64,000 nucleotides of DNA from Podarcis cretensis. Lineage: Eukaryota. Location: NCBI GenBank assembly GCA_951804945.1, contig OX638152.1:59520001-59584000 (forward strand), written 5' to 3'. The position numbers were made by a program, and so were the translations under genes. Positions 29,339 to 42,639 of this stretch are shown one piece after another; position 1 is the first letter of the stretch; each line of letters begins with the position of its first letter. Under the pieces are notes generated by a model. It saw only the letters and a program-made list of their open reading frames with translations, did not search any database and had not been told where the DNA came from.

Positions 29339-32300
29339 TGCAGAGACATAGGAAGCTGCTTGACAGCTACCTGGAGTCAGACCACTGGTCCATTCAGCTT
29401 AGTACTGTACACACTGTCTGGCAGCAGCTCTCCAGGGTTTTAAGAGAGGAGACTTTCCTACTTAGGGCTGCCGTGCACCCAGATTTTCCCAGACATTACC
29501 AGGATTTCAAAGGCGGAATAGAAATTCCAGGGGGAATTTCCGAGAGGAGGCACTTTGTCCTGGACCTTAGGCAAGTCAATCAAAAAAGTGTTCTTTTTTC
29601 GCATTTTTGGGGTCTTCCTGAAAAAACCTCAGCAACTTCCAGGCAACCCCATTCCTACTCCTACCTAGAGATGAATCCAGGAACCTTCTGCATACAAAGT
29701 AAATGCTCTCTCACTGAGCTACAGCCCTTTGGGAGAGTGGGGAGCCCCTCCCCTCCATTTGCACTATGGCTGCAAATTTCAGTTTCCTTTCTGGCACCAA
29801 TAGAAGCTTGGGGGAGCAATTTTCATAGGGGAAAATAGAGATCATGGGAAATGGTTAAAGCCCCCTTGGAGTTCAATCCAGATAGGGCGCTTCCACAGCC
29901 GCACTTTTTTAAAAAACAAAAACACCATAGGAGCCAATTCCTAGGGGTTCAGGTCCCTTTGGTCTCCCAATAAAATATTTGAAGGGACCAAGCCCCTGCC
30001 CCCAAGTTGATCAGCATTACCATTCAAATAGTGTGCATGTGCCACATCATGTGATCAGTTATGTGGGGTGCGGCTTACATGACCTCCCCCAATATTTTAT
30101 TCAAGTTGGCACCCAAGTTGTGTGCCATTTTCTTCTACCTGAGTCTATCCTGCACATCACTCCTCCTTCTAGGTACATCTCCTCCTAGATACAGAGAACT
30201 TGCCAGGGGAGAGAACATGTCTGAACATTCCAGGGAAGTGATGGAGGGTCTCTAAGTAACCACAGGGCTTCATTTCCAGGCCCACTCAAGGTGCTGAAGC
30301 CCTCAGTGTCCCGACTGGAAGATGAATAAAACCTGCCCTTGGTACCTCCATTCATTGGAACCTCCACTTGGAACCTTGAGAGGCAGTGAGGGGATCTGTG
30401 GAATCCTGAGCCATCCTACTGACATTGTGTGATGACAGCAAGCTTGATCCAGGCCCAAACGCAGCCCCAGCCAGCCTCCCACCTCTGCCCCAGACTTGCT
30501 GCTCTGTAAAGCCCTGTCAGCTGGCAGGCAGTGTTTGTTTCCCCTACGTCTAGAGGAACATATATGGACCATTGGTCTGATCAGGCATGATACTTTTTAG
30601 TATGTGAATTTTGAGCTCTGCTTCACTCCATGCGAGTGGTTCCATAATTCTGTGCTATAAACCTCAGATCAATTTCCCAGAAACGTTGTACTGCAAATGG
30701 AATAAATGTGCAATTTTTTGAAATGTGCATAACATAGTTAATTTGCACTTAAAAGCAATGATAACCAGAATCGAAGGTTTTTTTAAAAAATCAAAGTAAA
30801 GGAGGTTAATCCAGATTTCTACGAATGGGAAGAGCTGCAATCCTTTGTGTGACTTGCATTAGCTTGAAGATTTAGTAGAATGAGGGATCTTGCACCCAAG
30901 TTTATATGCTAGGAAGGAATTCTGATGGGAAGGAAGAGAATTGAACAAGAAAGTAATATGGTATACAGTGGAGCTGGTGACCGAGACAAGAATTTCTTGG
31001 ATATTGTTAGAGACACCATCCATAAGGAACTAGAAGAGCCAAGCTATAGAAGCAAGGTACTGCCTGACAAGTCGGTTCTTGCTGATGCAGTCTTCCAGAG
31101 TCTGCAGACTGAGCATATAGCGCAGCTTCCAGTTGAGGTATCAATGCCATCTTTAAGTTGTACAGGCATGGTTCTTTTATATTATGGTCACCAGGTGTTT
31201 TGAAGGAAATTTGTTGTTTATAACAGCAAAATGCCTTCTTACTGCGGAAAATGGCCTCACTATATAACAGCTCTCTGCTTGCCGGCAGCCTTAATACCTT
31301 ATGCCTACGCACAGAACCTTGAACTTTAATTACATCTGCTTTGATGCCCTCTCTTGGTTTTATGCATGACTTGAACATTTACTGCTGTTTGGCCTACATT
31401 CTAAAAGCTCCATTACTGAAGTTCACCTTCTTTAAGCAAGCTAATTTTTGGCTGAGAAACCCTGAGGATATTTTTGTGCAGCTGTGTTTGCTTTATGCAG
31501 AAGGCAGAACAACACAGAATAGCTTGTACCATGATTACTCTGCTTTCCAAGCATCATTTGGGAGGATGGAGGGTGGGGGGGGTGGCACCTAGAGTTTAAT
31601 GTTTTTTAAAAAATCATTCTAAACCAGGATTTTTTTTCAGCCAGAACTCACTGGAACTCAGTTCCAGCACCAACCAGGTAGGTGCCATTGCCATTCTAAG
31701 AGAATGAAGGAGGTATTCATGGTGAGTTCCAACACCTCTTTTCCTAGAAAAATAACACTGTTTTTTAACAACACTATGATCTTTTTGTCTAGTTATGACT
31801 TATGCAGGAATAGAGATTGAAACTAAATCACTTGGACCAGCAGAGCACAGCACGACTGCTTGAAAGGTTTACACCAATATAGTTACATGTTAGTGCTGGA
31901 GAAGGTGCTAACTGGAAATCCTGGAGAGCATTTGCCAGCAAGTGACAACACTGAGCTAAATAGATCAATGGTCTGACTCAGTATAAGGCAGCTTCCTATG
32001 TTGCCCCCAATTGTGTTTTTATTCACTTGTTTTTTGTCACCCTGAGCACCTTGGAGTGGGAGGGCGGGATACAAATTTAATAAATAAACTGTTGGGTCAG
32101 CTGCTTCTTGCAGGAGCCTGGGATATGCTTTACCTCAGCTAAGAGTTTAGAATGGAATTGGTTTGCTCAGAAAAAGGAGGCAAGCTGGAAGCAACCGGGA
32201 AACAAGTATCTGAAGAGTTACACTGATTGCTTCATGATAAATGTCCTGTCTTTATAAGCCAAGTTTACCTTAGCTCAGGGAATGTGATCCAATCAGACCA

Positions 32301-34974
32301 ACATTACAAAAAAGTGCCCCCTCTCAATGAGGGCGGTCCTATTAATCAAGAGTCTACATTTATCTACACTGGCTAAAGGACTGCATATGCATTTGGGCTC
32401 CATAAAGGAAAGGAAGAAGAGTATCCTGACAGGGCAGGAATCCACCACACCCTGCCAAGTACTATCCTGGTTACACTAGTCCATAGGAAAAGGCATGGCT
32501 GCACATATTCAGTCTGAAACAGGTTTTGAAGCTTTTGTTTTAAGAGGTATATAAACTCTGGGCTTCAAAGCCCATGTTGTTCTATTGCAGCAGTTCCATC
32601 CCGACTATATTCCGTCCCATTAGCAGCTGTGGAACTGTAGTTCTGGCGCTGGGTGGAGAATGCCTCAGGTTGTTTGTTGTGGCTCGTGGCTGAGGTTTCT
32701 GGTTGGGGTGGCTGAGGTTTCCATGCAATAAATACAATCGCCTGTGTGAGGTAATTAATAATAATAAAAAGGCTGGATTCAGCAAGAGTCATAAAATTAC
32801 ACAGCAGAGTCATAAAATTACAAAATTGTGCAGCACAGTGAAGCATGAGGAGCACAGGTTGCAGACACTTTAAATATCCCATTTAGTCTGCTTACAGTGC
32901 TTCCCTTCTCTATTCCTCTTGCAGTGAACAGACCATAGCATTCATAAGTTTAAATGCTTTGCTTAAAAGCTCCAGCAAGAAGCAGCAGCAAGAAGAACAC
33001 AGGCAGAAATATTGGGTTTGCAAAATACGGAAAAATACTTCTGAACACATGGTCTTAACTTGAAGCAGTCGAGCCCAGACATATTGCCTGGTTGGCTTCA
33101 CATGGTGGAAGAGAATGAAGAAAGGTTCACTTCCTCCTTCACTAGATATGAGGGGCGTGACTTAACTGAGTCTAGCAATACAATTCAGTGATCTTAACCC
33201 CTTCATGCATTAACTAGCCCTAAGCTTGCTAGTGATATTTGATTGCAATTTCCCAGAGTTTCTGGGCTGTGGGGTATCCTGGGGCCAGGATACACAGGCG
33301 GCAGCCATTTTAGGTGCATCCAACTGGTGCACAATCACCAATGTGCAGGTCCTTTGGGACACAGAAGAAGGCGGGATGGAGGGGAACAGGGAGAAGCCTC
33401 TCCTTGTCAAATGCTTGTTCCTCTCACAGTTATGCATGATTCTGATGAGTGCATACCCTACAATATTTCTCTGATGAAAATAGGGACATCCAGTGCTATT
33501 TTTCTAAGAGGTGCTGGAAGTCACCTCAGGAATCAAAAGGTTTGTTTATGATTAATATAGTAAATCCTTCAATATTCCTTAAAGAGCCTAGAAATTTCAA
33601 CAGAATCCCTATGGAGGGTGTCTATCTGCACGTATCAAATGAATCATGACGGCAACACAGCATGAAAGGCCAGTCTTTCTTCCCAAAATGACTATCAAGA
33701 TCTCATCATGGATGCAGATGTGTACGTGCATCAAAAGTGCTGTGTGTGTAGCTCTTCGTGTACAAATCCCAGAAGAGTAGCAAAGACAACAAAAAAAGTC
33801 CTATGGCACATTAAAGATTAACAAAGAACTTGAAGGTGCCACAAGATCCTTTGTTGTATTTGCATACTGTGCCCTTTCTCACACAACCATCTTTAGAATG
33901 CATTCAGATCATTTTTCTGCCAAGTGTGCATGGAGTTTTGTTTTGCTTTTTAAGGTGTTTAGGTGTTGCAAACTCCCTCTTCCTCTTAGCAGCTTAAGTT
34001 TCGGTCTCTGGTGAAGTCACTGATGATCCCAATAGTTCTCCAAGTGCCTACAAGAGCACATAGCAAAAACAAAGCAGCAGACACCAGATTAACGTCGCAT
34101 AAGAAGAAGCAGGGGGCAGGGGGGACATATTCCACTGGGAAAACTCACAAGTCTCCTGCTTCCAACATACAGGTATTAGTTCTTCTTTTTCATCTCCCAA
34201 TAAATGTGTTGTTATAAGAAGTAACCTTTATGAAAGGAGAGAAGCCCTTCATGTTCCTTGGTCTTTAAACTGCCAGTGCATTGCAGCCCTTGCTTAAGCC
34301 TCCGGGGAAGGTGCTATGAAATCAATGCTGTCATTAAAGTGTTTGGGAGGTCCAGAAGGAAATAAAGAAGGGAAAAACAAGGCAACTTAAAAACAAACCC
34401 TTAGGATGAATTGGGTAAACGCTATATTTGGAACGTTTGCTGAGATTTCCATAAGGTTGCCATGGAATATGCATGCATTAAAAATGCATCTTAAAAGGAC
34501 AGAACTATTTGGCAAATGCATGCATTGCTCTTATAGCTTCTCTTGCAGTTTTAGTTTATAAATTTTAAAATATGCCACCCCAATGAGATCATTTTTTTTT
34601 AGCCACTTTGTCTTCTCCGGTACCTACTTCAAAAATGGCTTTTTGGCTACCACCCAATGATTTCTCTGCTTGCCTTCCACCCAGCTGAATCTTCTTACAT
34701 TTTTTTAAAAGGGGGAAATGTATACAGTACATCTGAATATTTTGCATACTTTCCCATGCATTTAGAAAATGATGGTATAGCACTATTTTAACCAAAATGA
34801 AAAAATACTAACACTTCCTTTCTCTCCCACAAATAATTTTAGTTTGCATTTGCTTGATGTAGAATTATGATCCTAAATTAGAATGGTCCATGCACCCATG
34901 TAGCATTGTAAAAACCGTCAATGATGAGTTGTAAGAGGGGAAGCCCAGCCAGATGGGTGGGGTATAAATATCAA

Positions 34975-34976
<2 letters not shown>

Positions 34977-35011
<35 letters not shown>
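34977..35011. repeat. (TTA)n microsatellite, probably a retroelement tail
   Basis: About 11 units following a SINE/LINE-like 3' segment. Confidence 0.85.
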
Positions 35012-35019
35012 GCCAATGC

Positions 35020-35105
35020 AAGTCCTCCTCAGAGTAGGCCCACTGAAATTTAAAGGCATAAGTTAGTCATGCTCATTGATTTCAATGGATTTACTCTGAG
35101 TAGGA
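35020..35105. repeat. Palindromic interspersed repeat, same family as 18648
   Basis: TCCTCCTCAGAGTAGGCCCACTGAAAT ... ATTTCAATGGATTTACTCTGAGTAGGA. Confidence 0.6.
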
Positions 35106-36949
35106 TCCTATTGCATTACAGGATGTCCTTGTGCAGGCTTCTAGTAGTGGGATATGTTAGTTGAATCTGTCTCATACTTTATGCATTTTGACATTGATTA
35201 ACATGACAATTGACCTGGCATGTTTCCGTTAAGAGAAAAAATAAAAACAAACAGAAATTATTGTATAACTTCTGCATACAAAGAACCTGGGTAGCTGCCT
35301 TATCCTGAGTCAAAACATTGATCCATCAAGCTCAGCATAGTCTCAAATTACTTGCAGAAGCTCTTCTGACATCAACCCCAAACATTCTTGCTCTCTCAGG
35401 CATTTGGAGAGAACCAGTGAGACTTCAAAAAAAAAAAAAAAATTGCAGGGTTTTAGACTGTTCTGTGCTTCTTTAAAATATACTTTTAATTGTTGGTTTA
35501 ACTGGCGTGTATTTTTGCAACTGCTGTTATTTTTATGATATTCTGGAAACTACCCAGGGATTACTGTGATTATTTATTTAGATATGCATACACCACACTT
35601 TTATTAAGCCTGCGAACAACATAGATTATTGCAGGATCAATAAAACATCAGTAAGAAAATAACAATAAAAAGTGCTGGATGATCTACACATCTAGATAAT
35701 AGAATACATGGTACCAAGGATCTTTATGCAAAGACCTCTCATTTTCCACTGGAAGCTGAAATGGAGGGGGTTACTGGGGCCTTTCTTTTGGAAAGTTCCT
35801 CCTTGTTCAAGGAGGCTACTGACAGGACAGGCAGGGGGCAAGAAGTGAAATCTGTTGAAATGGTATGTGGCAGAGCTGGCCCAGCCGTAGGGCTGGATGA
35901 CACGACTGCTTCAGGCAGCGGAAGCCTCCATGGGTGCCCCACCATTGGCACTGATTTTGGTCCAGTAGCAGATGCAGCAGCGGCAGGAGTAGGTAGATGG
36001 TGGCGGCAGGGCAAAGCAGCCCCTTCCGTTTTGCCAACAAGCTGCCCTGGTATGTGATATTGTTCCTTTCTTGGCAAACCTTCATAAAAGAACTCCTGAC
36101 AGCCACTGCCAGGAGGCTGTTATGTACATGCTGGATAGATCATTCCTGGAAGGGACACAAGGCATACAATTGGCCTCTGTATTGTTGGTGCATGTTGTTC
36201 TCCTCTGATTTGCCTTCAATCAATTGCAGAGATGCGAAGAACTGCAAGCTCTCAGGAGAGATCAAATGCCATTTGATAAGTTGCAAGGGATTTGGCGACA
36301 TCTTGACGCCAGGTGATAAATTTGTATGTTATTAGAACTGCAAGCTCCTTGGCCCTAGCTTTGCAAGTTCTCCCTTCCTCCTCTTCTCAAGATGGCAATT
36401 CAGCCATTGCATATGTAATATTAACAGGGCTGCTGCCATAGTAGACCTATCAGAAGCACAAATCTGCTCCGAACATGGTCCGAGCTCATTTCCAAGGCCA
36501 CACCTACACAGCAGCAGAGCCAAGCCCTCGTGTTTCTTTCCCTGAGCTGCCTTGCTGTTCTCTTATCTCATTTCATTTCACTGGCCTGCGTGTTTGTGTG
36601 AGTGAACACCACTGGAAATACTGTGAGTCTCTTGTTTGTAAAAAATAAAATAAAAAATAAATGTTGTTGTTACTACAATTATACCATTTTTGTTTGATGA
36701 CTGGGAGATTGAGAATTCAAGTTATTTTTTTAAAATGCTAATCTGTCAATTCTACAACAACTAACCCTCATTAACAGCTGATGGAAGTCACAGGGTAATT
36801 ATGCTGAGAGGAAAGGAGAGATGTGCCAGGATATATATTTCTTTTTGACCAGTAATAGATGGTGTGAGCCTGGAAACTTGGTAATACAGGTGCACAGTAG
36901 GAAGTTGGTTTAAAGGTTGATGCTTTGAAACAAGAATGTCATATAAAAA

Positions 36950-37310
36950 TACCATATTGGCCTGAATATAAGCCTCACTTTTTCCCCCCAATTCCGACCG
37001 TGAAAAGTTAAAGTGCGGCTTATATTCACAACCTTACAAAAATTGGCTCGGAGCAGGCTTGTCCCCGGATGTTGCCTGGTTTCGGCTGGGCCGGCTCCCA
37101 AGATGGCGGCACGGCAAGGGGGTCCCTGAGAGGGAGCCAGAAGGAGGCGAGGAGGAGGAAGGGAGGGATGAGAGAGCAAGGTCTGCTAAGAGGAGGAACA
37201 GGAGATGCAGCCATCTGCTGCGACTGGCGCTAGCCCACCGAGGTGCCTGGCTTTAGCATGTGAGTCCCAACACCCGCTGCCTCTCTCCGCCCGTACCACC
37301 TGAGAAGGGG
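36950..37310. mobile_element. Probable truncated mariner/Tigger-like element with a GC-rich interior
   Basis: Terminal-type motif ACCATATTGGCCTGAATATAAGCC with inverted copy GGCTTATATTC at about 37017, then an isolated GC-rich block. Far end not found. Confidence 0.4.
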
Positions 37311-38391
37311 TGTGTGCTCGTATTTATAGCTTGATTGGACCTAGGGACATTTATTGTGTACGTGTACAAACTGCCGTTGGGCAGATGGATTGCAGAACTC
37401 GATGGTGGTGATTGTAAGATGTACAAATGATGGTGACCAAATCACAAACTCTATCATTAGGTGTGATATAGGCCACCAAAAATCTGCCAGAGAGCCTAGC
37501 TTCCCATGTTTTTGGTGAAACCTAGACTGGAGCTGTTCTAGGGAACTGGAACACGTAAGACACTGAGGCTGGATTGAGACACATCAAAGAAGCATTTCAT
37601 AAATGCGTTCTAAACTTTGTATAAGAAATTGGGTTGGCAAAAACAGAACTCCACAGCACCACTCTTGTACATGCTCATGCTATTCATTCATTTCTGAGTC
37701 TCATGATTCTTAATTGTGTCTCCTCCTATACAACTTAAAATACTTAGGTTGTGTCACATTTTGATTGGGCACAATATTGGCAGCACATTTTCCTTCTCAG
37801 TAATCCAACTGGCAAGAGCCTTGTCTTATACCTTTTTAAAAAAACAAAACCAGCCCATCAGAATATGGCTCATTGTATGATACTGAGTACACAACTCTGG
37901 CACACTTTTAATCAAAGAGGTAGCCAGCTAGCCATGGCTTACACCAGAAATAAGACAACAGTCCAGCAGCAGTTTAAAGCTGGCAAGTGTAACAATATGC
38001 TTTTGTGGGTTACTAAGAATGATGCATCTAGGGAAGTGGAGTCTAGTCCAAGACAGTTCATGCCACTGTATTTTTAAGAGACTAGTACTGTTTGTTTTGT
38101 TATAATGTTCAAGCAGCACTATGATCTGCTTGACAGTGTCATCGTGAGGATAAGAAGATTGTAAAACACATTGTTTAACTTAAAATGCTGTTACAAAAAG
38201 TAGAATGGTGCAGGGAATGGTTCAGAGCCTACATGCAGGCAAGCCTATCCTAGCACACAGCCACATATTGGATTGCCAAAGGCCAACATGTAAAGTCCAA
38301 TGTCTGTAAACATGACTATCCTAGTTATGGCCCAGATTCTGTTCATCTTTTGTTCTTTAGGCTGCTGTGAGCACATGTCAGGACACTAATA

Positions 38392-38613
38392 CAGTCGTAC
38401 CTTGTTTTGCGGCTGGAATCCGTTCCGGAGCCCCGGCCGCTAGCTGAAAAGGACGCAGGGCAAAGTGCCGCGTCTGTGCACGGAGCGGTTTGCACTTCTG
38501 CACGTGCGCAAGCAACAAATCCGGAAGTAACCCATTCCGGTATTTCCGGGTTTACTGTGGACGTTCGCCAGAATGGACGCTAGACAAGGCGGACGATCAT
38601 GGAGGTATTACTG
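38392..38613. mobile_element. Tc1/mariner (Tigger-like) MITE
   Basis: TA|CAGTCGTACCT ... AGGTATTACTG|TA; internal GAATCCGTTC motif shared with the 1735 element. Confidence 0.7.
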
Positions 38614-39379
38614 TACCCATTAAAAATCTTCACTCCTGCAAATGGTGGTCTAAGAACAAGGCAACCCCCCCCCCCCACGACACACGGGTAAGCATGGAAG
38701 GAGAGACCATGCCTCAAAGTATGGCACCTGCACTTACTCCAACTCCCCCAAGAAAAGAAAGACGTGGAAAGCACTCAAGGCCACAGAGTATCTCCCACCA
38801 GAATAGGGACAAAATGTGGATTGGCTTAACATCACTACCTTATCTGCGAGGCCGCAGGAGTATTCCTTGTAAAAGGGGATATAGGGTAAATCTGTACTGT
38901 GTAAAAACAGAGGCCCATTGCAAACAAACTTCCACTACATCCCAGGGAAAGCAACGAGGAGCACAATAGCAGACTCGTCTTTGGGTATTGCCGCTGCTGG
39001 CCAAACAGTCACGACGCTCATGCGTGTAGGATATGAACCAGGGCATATGGAACAGAACAAACTGAAACTACAGAGCAACTCCCTACTGTAGAAAAGATGA
39101 GTAACGTTGCAAATGGCTACTTTGTGTTCTACAACTGGTGCAGCTGGAATGGAGACCCTGGGAGCTTTTCATTGGGAGAGGAAGGACAAAGATGAGATTT
39201 GCGGACTGTAAGAATCCCTAGGTGATATGACACTCTTCCCCATATTCACTCACGTAACAGCGCCACCTGCCCGCAATGAGCATCTAGTCATCACTGTTCT
39301 CGTGTTTCTCTTGTCGCTCCACAAGTATCCAGGCAGCTGTTCTCTACCTTTTTCCCTGCCAAGGACTCAAGGCAGCTTA

Positions 39380-39895
39380 CAGATAAAAATGGTGGTCCTG
39401 CAAAAACAAATTAGACATGAGCTTGCAATATCTCCAAATCTGGGAGAGTTGTGTACTGCTATTAACCAAATGAAAAACAAAAAAGTCAGTGGACCTGATG
39501 GGATAACTGCCAAAGTCTTCAAAGTGGGCAGAATTGAATTTACTACACACAAGCTCATCGGAAAAATCTGGGAGAAGAAATCCTAGCAGACTTTAGGGAT
39601 GCCAAAATTATCAATATTTTTTTTAAAAAAAGTGATAGAATGTATTGCGGAAATATTGAGGCATCTCTTTATTAGCTGCAGCCAGCAAAATTCTTGAAGG
39701 ATCTTAGCAAACCTTCTCCTAACTATATATGAGGACACCCTTCCTGAATCCTGGTTTTCGACCTTCTTGGGGGGGGACGGGGACAGTGGGTATGATTTTC
39801 ACTGCTCGACAGCATTAAGAAAAATGCAGAGAGCAAACCCAACTCCTGTATATGGTGTTTATTGACCTAAGGCCTTTGACGCTGTAAATCATAAC
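39380..39895 (+). mobile_element. Degraded RTE-clade LINE reverse-transcriptase fragment
   Basis: Frameshifted peptides AINQMKNKKVSGPDGI, DFRDAKIINIF, GISLLAAASKIL, LPES-GFRP, MIFTARQ, EKCREQ, LYMVFIDL-KAFD match the N-terminal part of a non-LTR RT. Confidence 0.8.
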
Positions 39896-40149
39896 GGAAT
39901 GTCCTCTCCTTGAAAATGTTCTCAAGAAATGTCCTCTTCTTGAAAAAACACACAAGACTGCAGAGGGGTGGTGGAACCAAAAGGGCCCTCTCTTGACACC
40001 CAAGAGGATCTGTAGAACTGGAAGCATCTTTCAGATATTTGGGGCCTATGTTGTTTAGGGTTTATAATAAAATGACATGTTAAAGTTGCATGCCTTGGCA
40101 GACTTGCCAAAACAAAAATGTCTGTTGCAGGTGCTGAAAACAACATGGT

Positions 40150-40570
40150 GATGGCACTTGCCTAATATTAATTGGCAGGGCGTTTCAGAGTGTAGGTGCA
40201 GAATGGTCATTATGTGGCACTTGTAGAAGTGCCAGCTCCACAGATCGAAGCCGTCAAATGGGCGTAGATGGGGTAAGGCAATCCTTCAAGCAAACTGGTC
40301 CCAAGCTGTTGAAGGCTTTATATACTAATAATAACACCTTGAATTTGACCTAGTAACAAACCAGCAGCCAGTACAGATCTCTGAGCAGAGGTGTAATATG
40401 CTGACAGGGTCTCACTCCTGTTACCAGTCGTGCAGCATTCTGCACTAACTGCAGTTTCCAGACCAAGCACAAGGGAAGCCTTACACAGAGTTCATTGGCA
40501 AAATCCAATCTTTAACGGTGCCTGGACTACTACTGTACTGTGGTCAAGTCCAGGAACGGCTGTAGCTGTT
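40150..40570 (-). mobile_element. Degraded L2-type LINE fragment
   Basis: Reverse complement resembles the L2 remnant at 10560-11290 (KLQLVQNAA-like; TTCAAGGTGTTATTATTAGTATATAAAGCC). Confidence 0.55.
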
Positions 40571-42639
40571 GTACCAGCCAAACTGACAAAAGACGTTTCT
40601 AGTTCTTACATTCAGACATTACTGAAATATTAATTGTCACTGCAGATTTGCTTCAAGTATCTGTCATATCATGAGAAACCATCAACCTGCCTGTATAAGG
40701 CCCACTGTTAGTATCACATCCATAATTTGTAGTTGCACCACTTTTCCCAAAACCTTTGGTTAATGGATTAGTTACCTTTTTTACCCATGCCCTTAGAATA
40801 ATTGGTTTTCCTGGCGGTTGGCATTTTTATTCTTTTCTCCCTTCAGTCCCACAGCTCCAATGCGGCTTAATCTGTAGCCACAGAGTGATGGACTCTGTAT
40901 AAGCTCTCAATGTGGTATTATTGTCAGCTGTGCCTCCAGTGACAAAAGCTGGTTCCCAAAGCATCTCCAGACTGTATGCTTGCTCCTTCAAGGGGAGTAC
41001 AACCGTCTCCAGGGCAGGCAACTGGCTAATTTCTCAGACACGGATGTTACATATGTAAAAGACAATCAGAAACTGGAGGTGTGTAGTTGCTGTGTACACA
41101 CTCCCATTTACTCTGCATCCCATGTGCTCCTGTTGATTGTGTGGGAAGTGGTGTACACACACACCAGCTTCAATCCAAATAAAGAAACAGAACAACCTAG
41201 TTGCATTTTAATGTGCCTTGCATCCAAACAAAGATTGAATTGGATATTAGTTTAGATGCTGCTTTTAAAAAGGCAACAATATCTGAAATGGTTCATATAG
41301 TTTCCATTGGATCTAAAAAAGAATTCAGTACATATCAGAAGTCTGTCATCTGCCAATGCAATTCATCCAATAAAAAGGTATTATTAGAATGAAGCACAAA
41401 GACTCCTTTGTAAATGAATGGCAGTTTTATTGTGCACACAGCTAAAAACAAAAGTAGAGAGGTCCCCTCACACTTTAAAACTTTTTGGTTAACCTAAACT
41501 GTTCATCACCATCTGTACAAAGAGTAGATGTATGTACTGTATTGCCTAAACACCAGCTTCTGGGCTAGGGTGGGATATTTCATTATTTATCTGCAAACTG
41601 TTGTTGTATGCTGAAATGATTTAATAAAAATAAAGAACACTATAAAAAGGTATTATTTGAAGAATTTGGATATTGCCTGTCCTAGGGATCAACAGACAGA
41701 GTATTTCTCCAAAATTGGAAACTAACAAGGGATGTTGTAGACCTTGGGTCTGAATTGAAAGGTGTAAGCAGAGCGGCTTCTTAGTTTTAAAATGGGGTTC
41801 TTTACCTATGTTTCAGGGGATCTGTACCCAAAAAATACCAGTACTTTTTTCTCCCAATGCTGTAAATAAAATTTGTATGCATATTTTGTGTTTAGTTTTT
41901 GTGTATATATGTGTTTGTGTATATTTTTTCTGGGGAGGGGGGTCCATAGCTTTCATCAAGTTCTCAGAAGGGCCCATGGCCCAAACATGGTTAAGAGCCA
42001 CTGGTTTAAAAGAAACATGACAGCATTACCTAATCTCAGCAAGCAAGGATATTTTAGTTTGCCTGAATGAAAGCCTCCCAATTCTCTAATGGCCTAACCC
42101 CGACTCGTTTTTCAGGATGGTTCCGATTGCCTTCCAACAGCCTCCTGCCAAGCAGGAAATCAGCAAATGTGAAGCTTTTCTCGCCCATTCTATCTGCGCT
42201 GACAGCTTCACCTGCCGAATCGCTGCTTGCCGTGACGCAGCTTTTAAATGCCAACACAGCCCCGGCGGGCGGGGAGGGGAGCGAGAGAGAGAGAGAGAAA
42301 AAAAAGCCCTGACAAGAGCACAAGCTCCATTGCCGCTAAAAGGAAGGCGGCGCGCCTTACATAACCTGGTGTGGCCGTGCAAAGGGAGCAGCAGTGCAGC
42401 TGGAATCAAGCAGGCGTTTTATCCTCTGCAGGGACAGCGCAGATTCGAAAGGGAGGGCGACAAATTTGAGGGGCAATTTGCTAAGGAAGGAGCCCAGTGG
42501 ATTATTATTTTTTTTTTAAAGACAATTTTCAAGTCAATTACAAAACAGCAGGAACCGCCTATGAATAATAACATACCAGAAAGTGGGGTGGGGGCATTAA
42601 GTCCCATTTAACTTCTTATTGCGATTTTCTTCGGGGTAA

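Noticed and set aside
29296-29838. 180-aa ORF
   Set aside because: Runs through a patchwork of hAT MITE and other repeat fragments, with no coherent protein signal.
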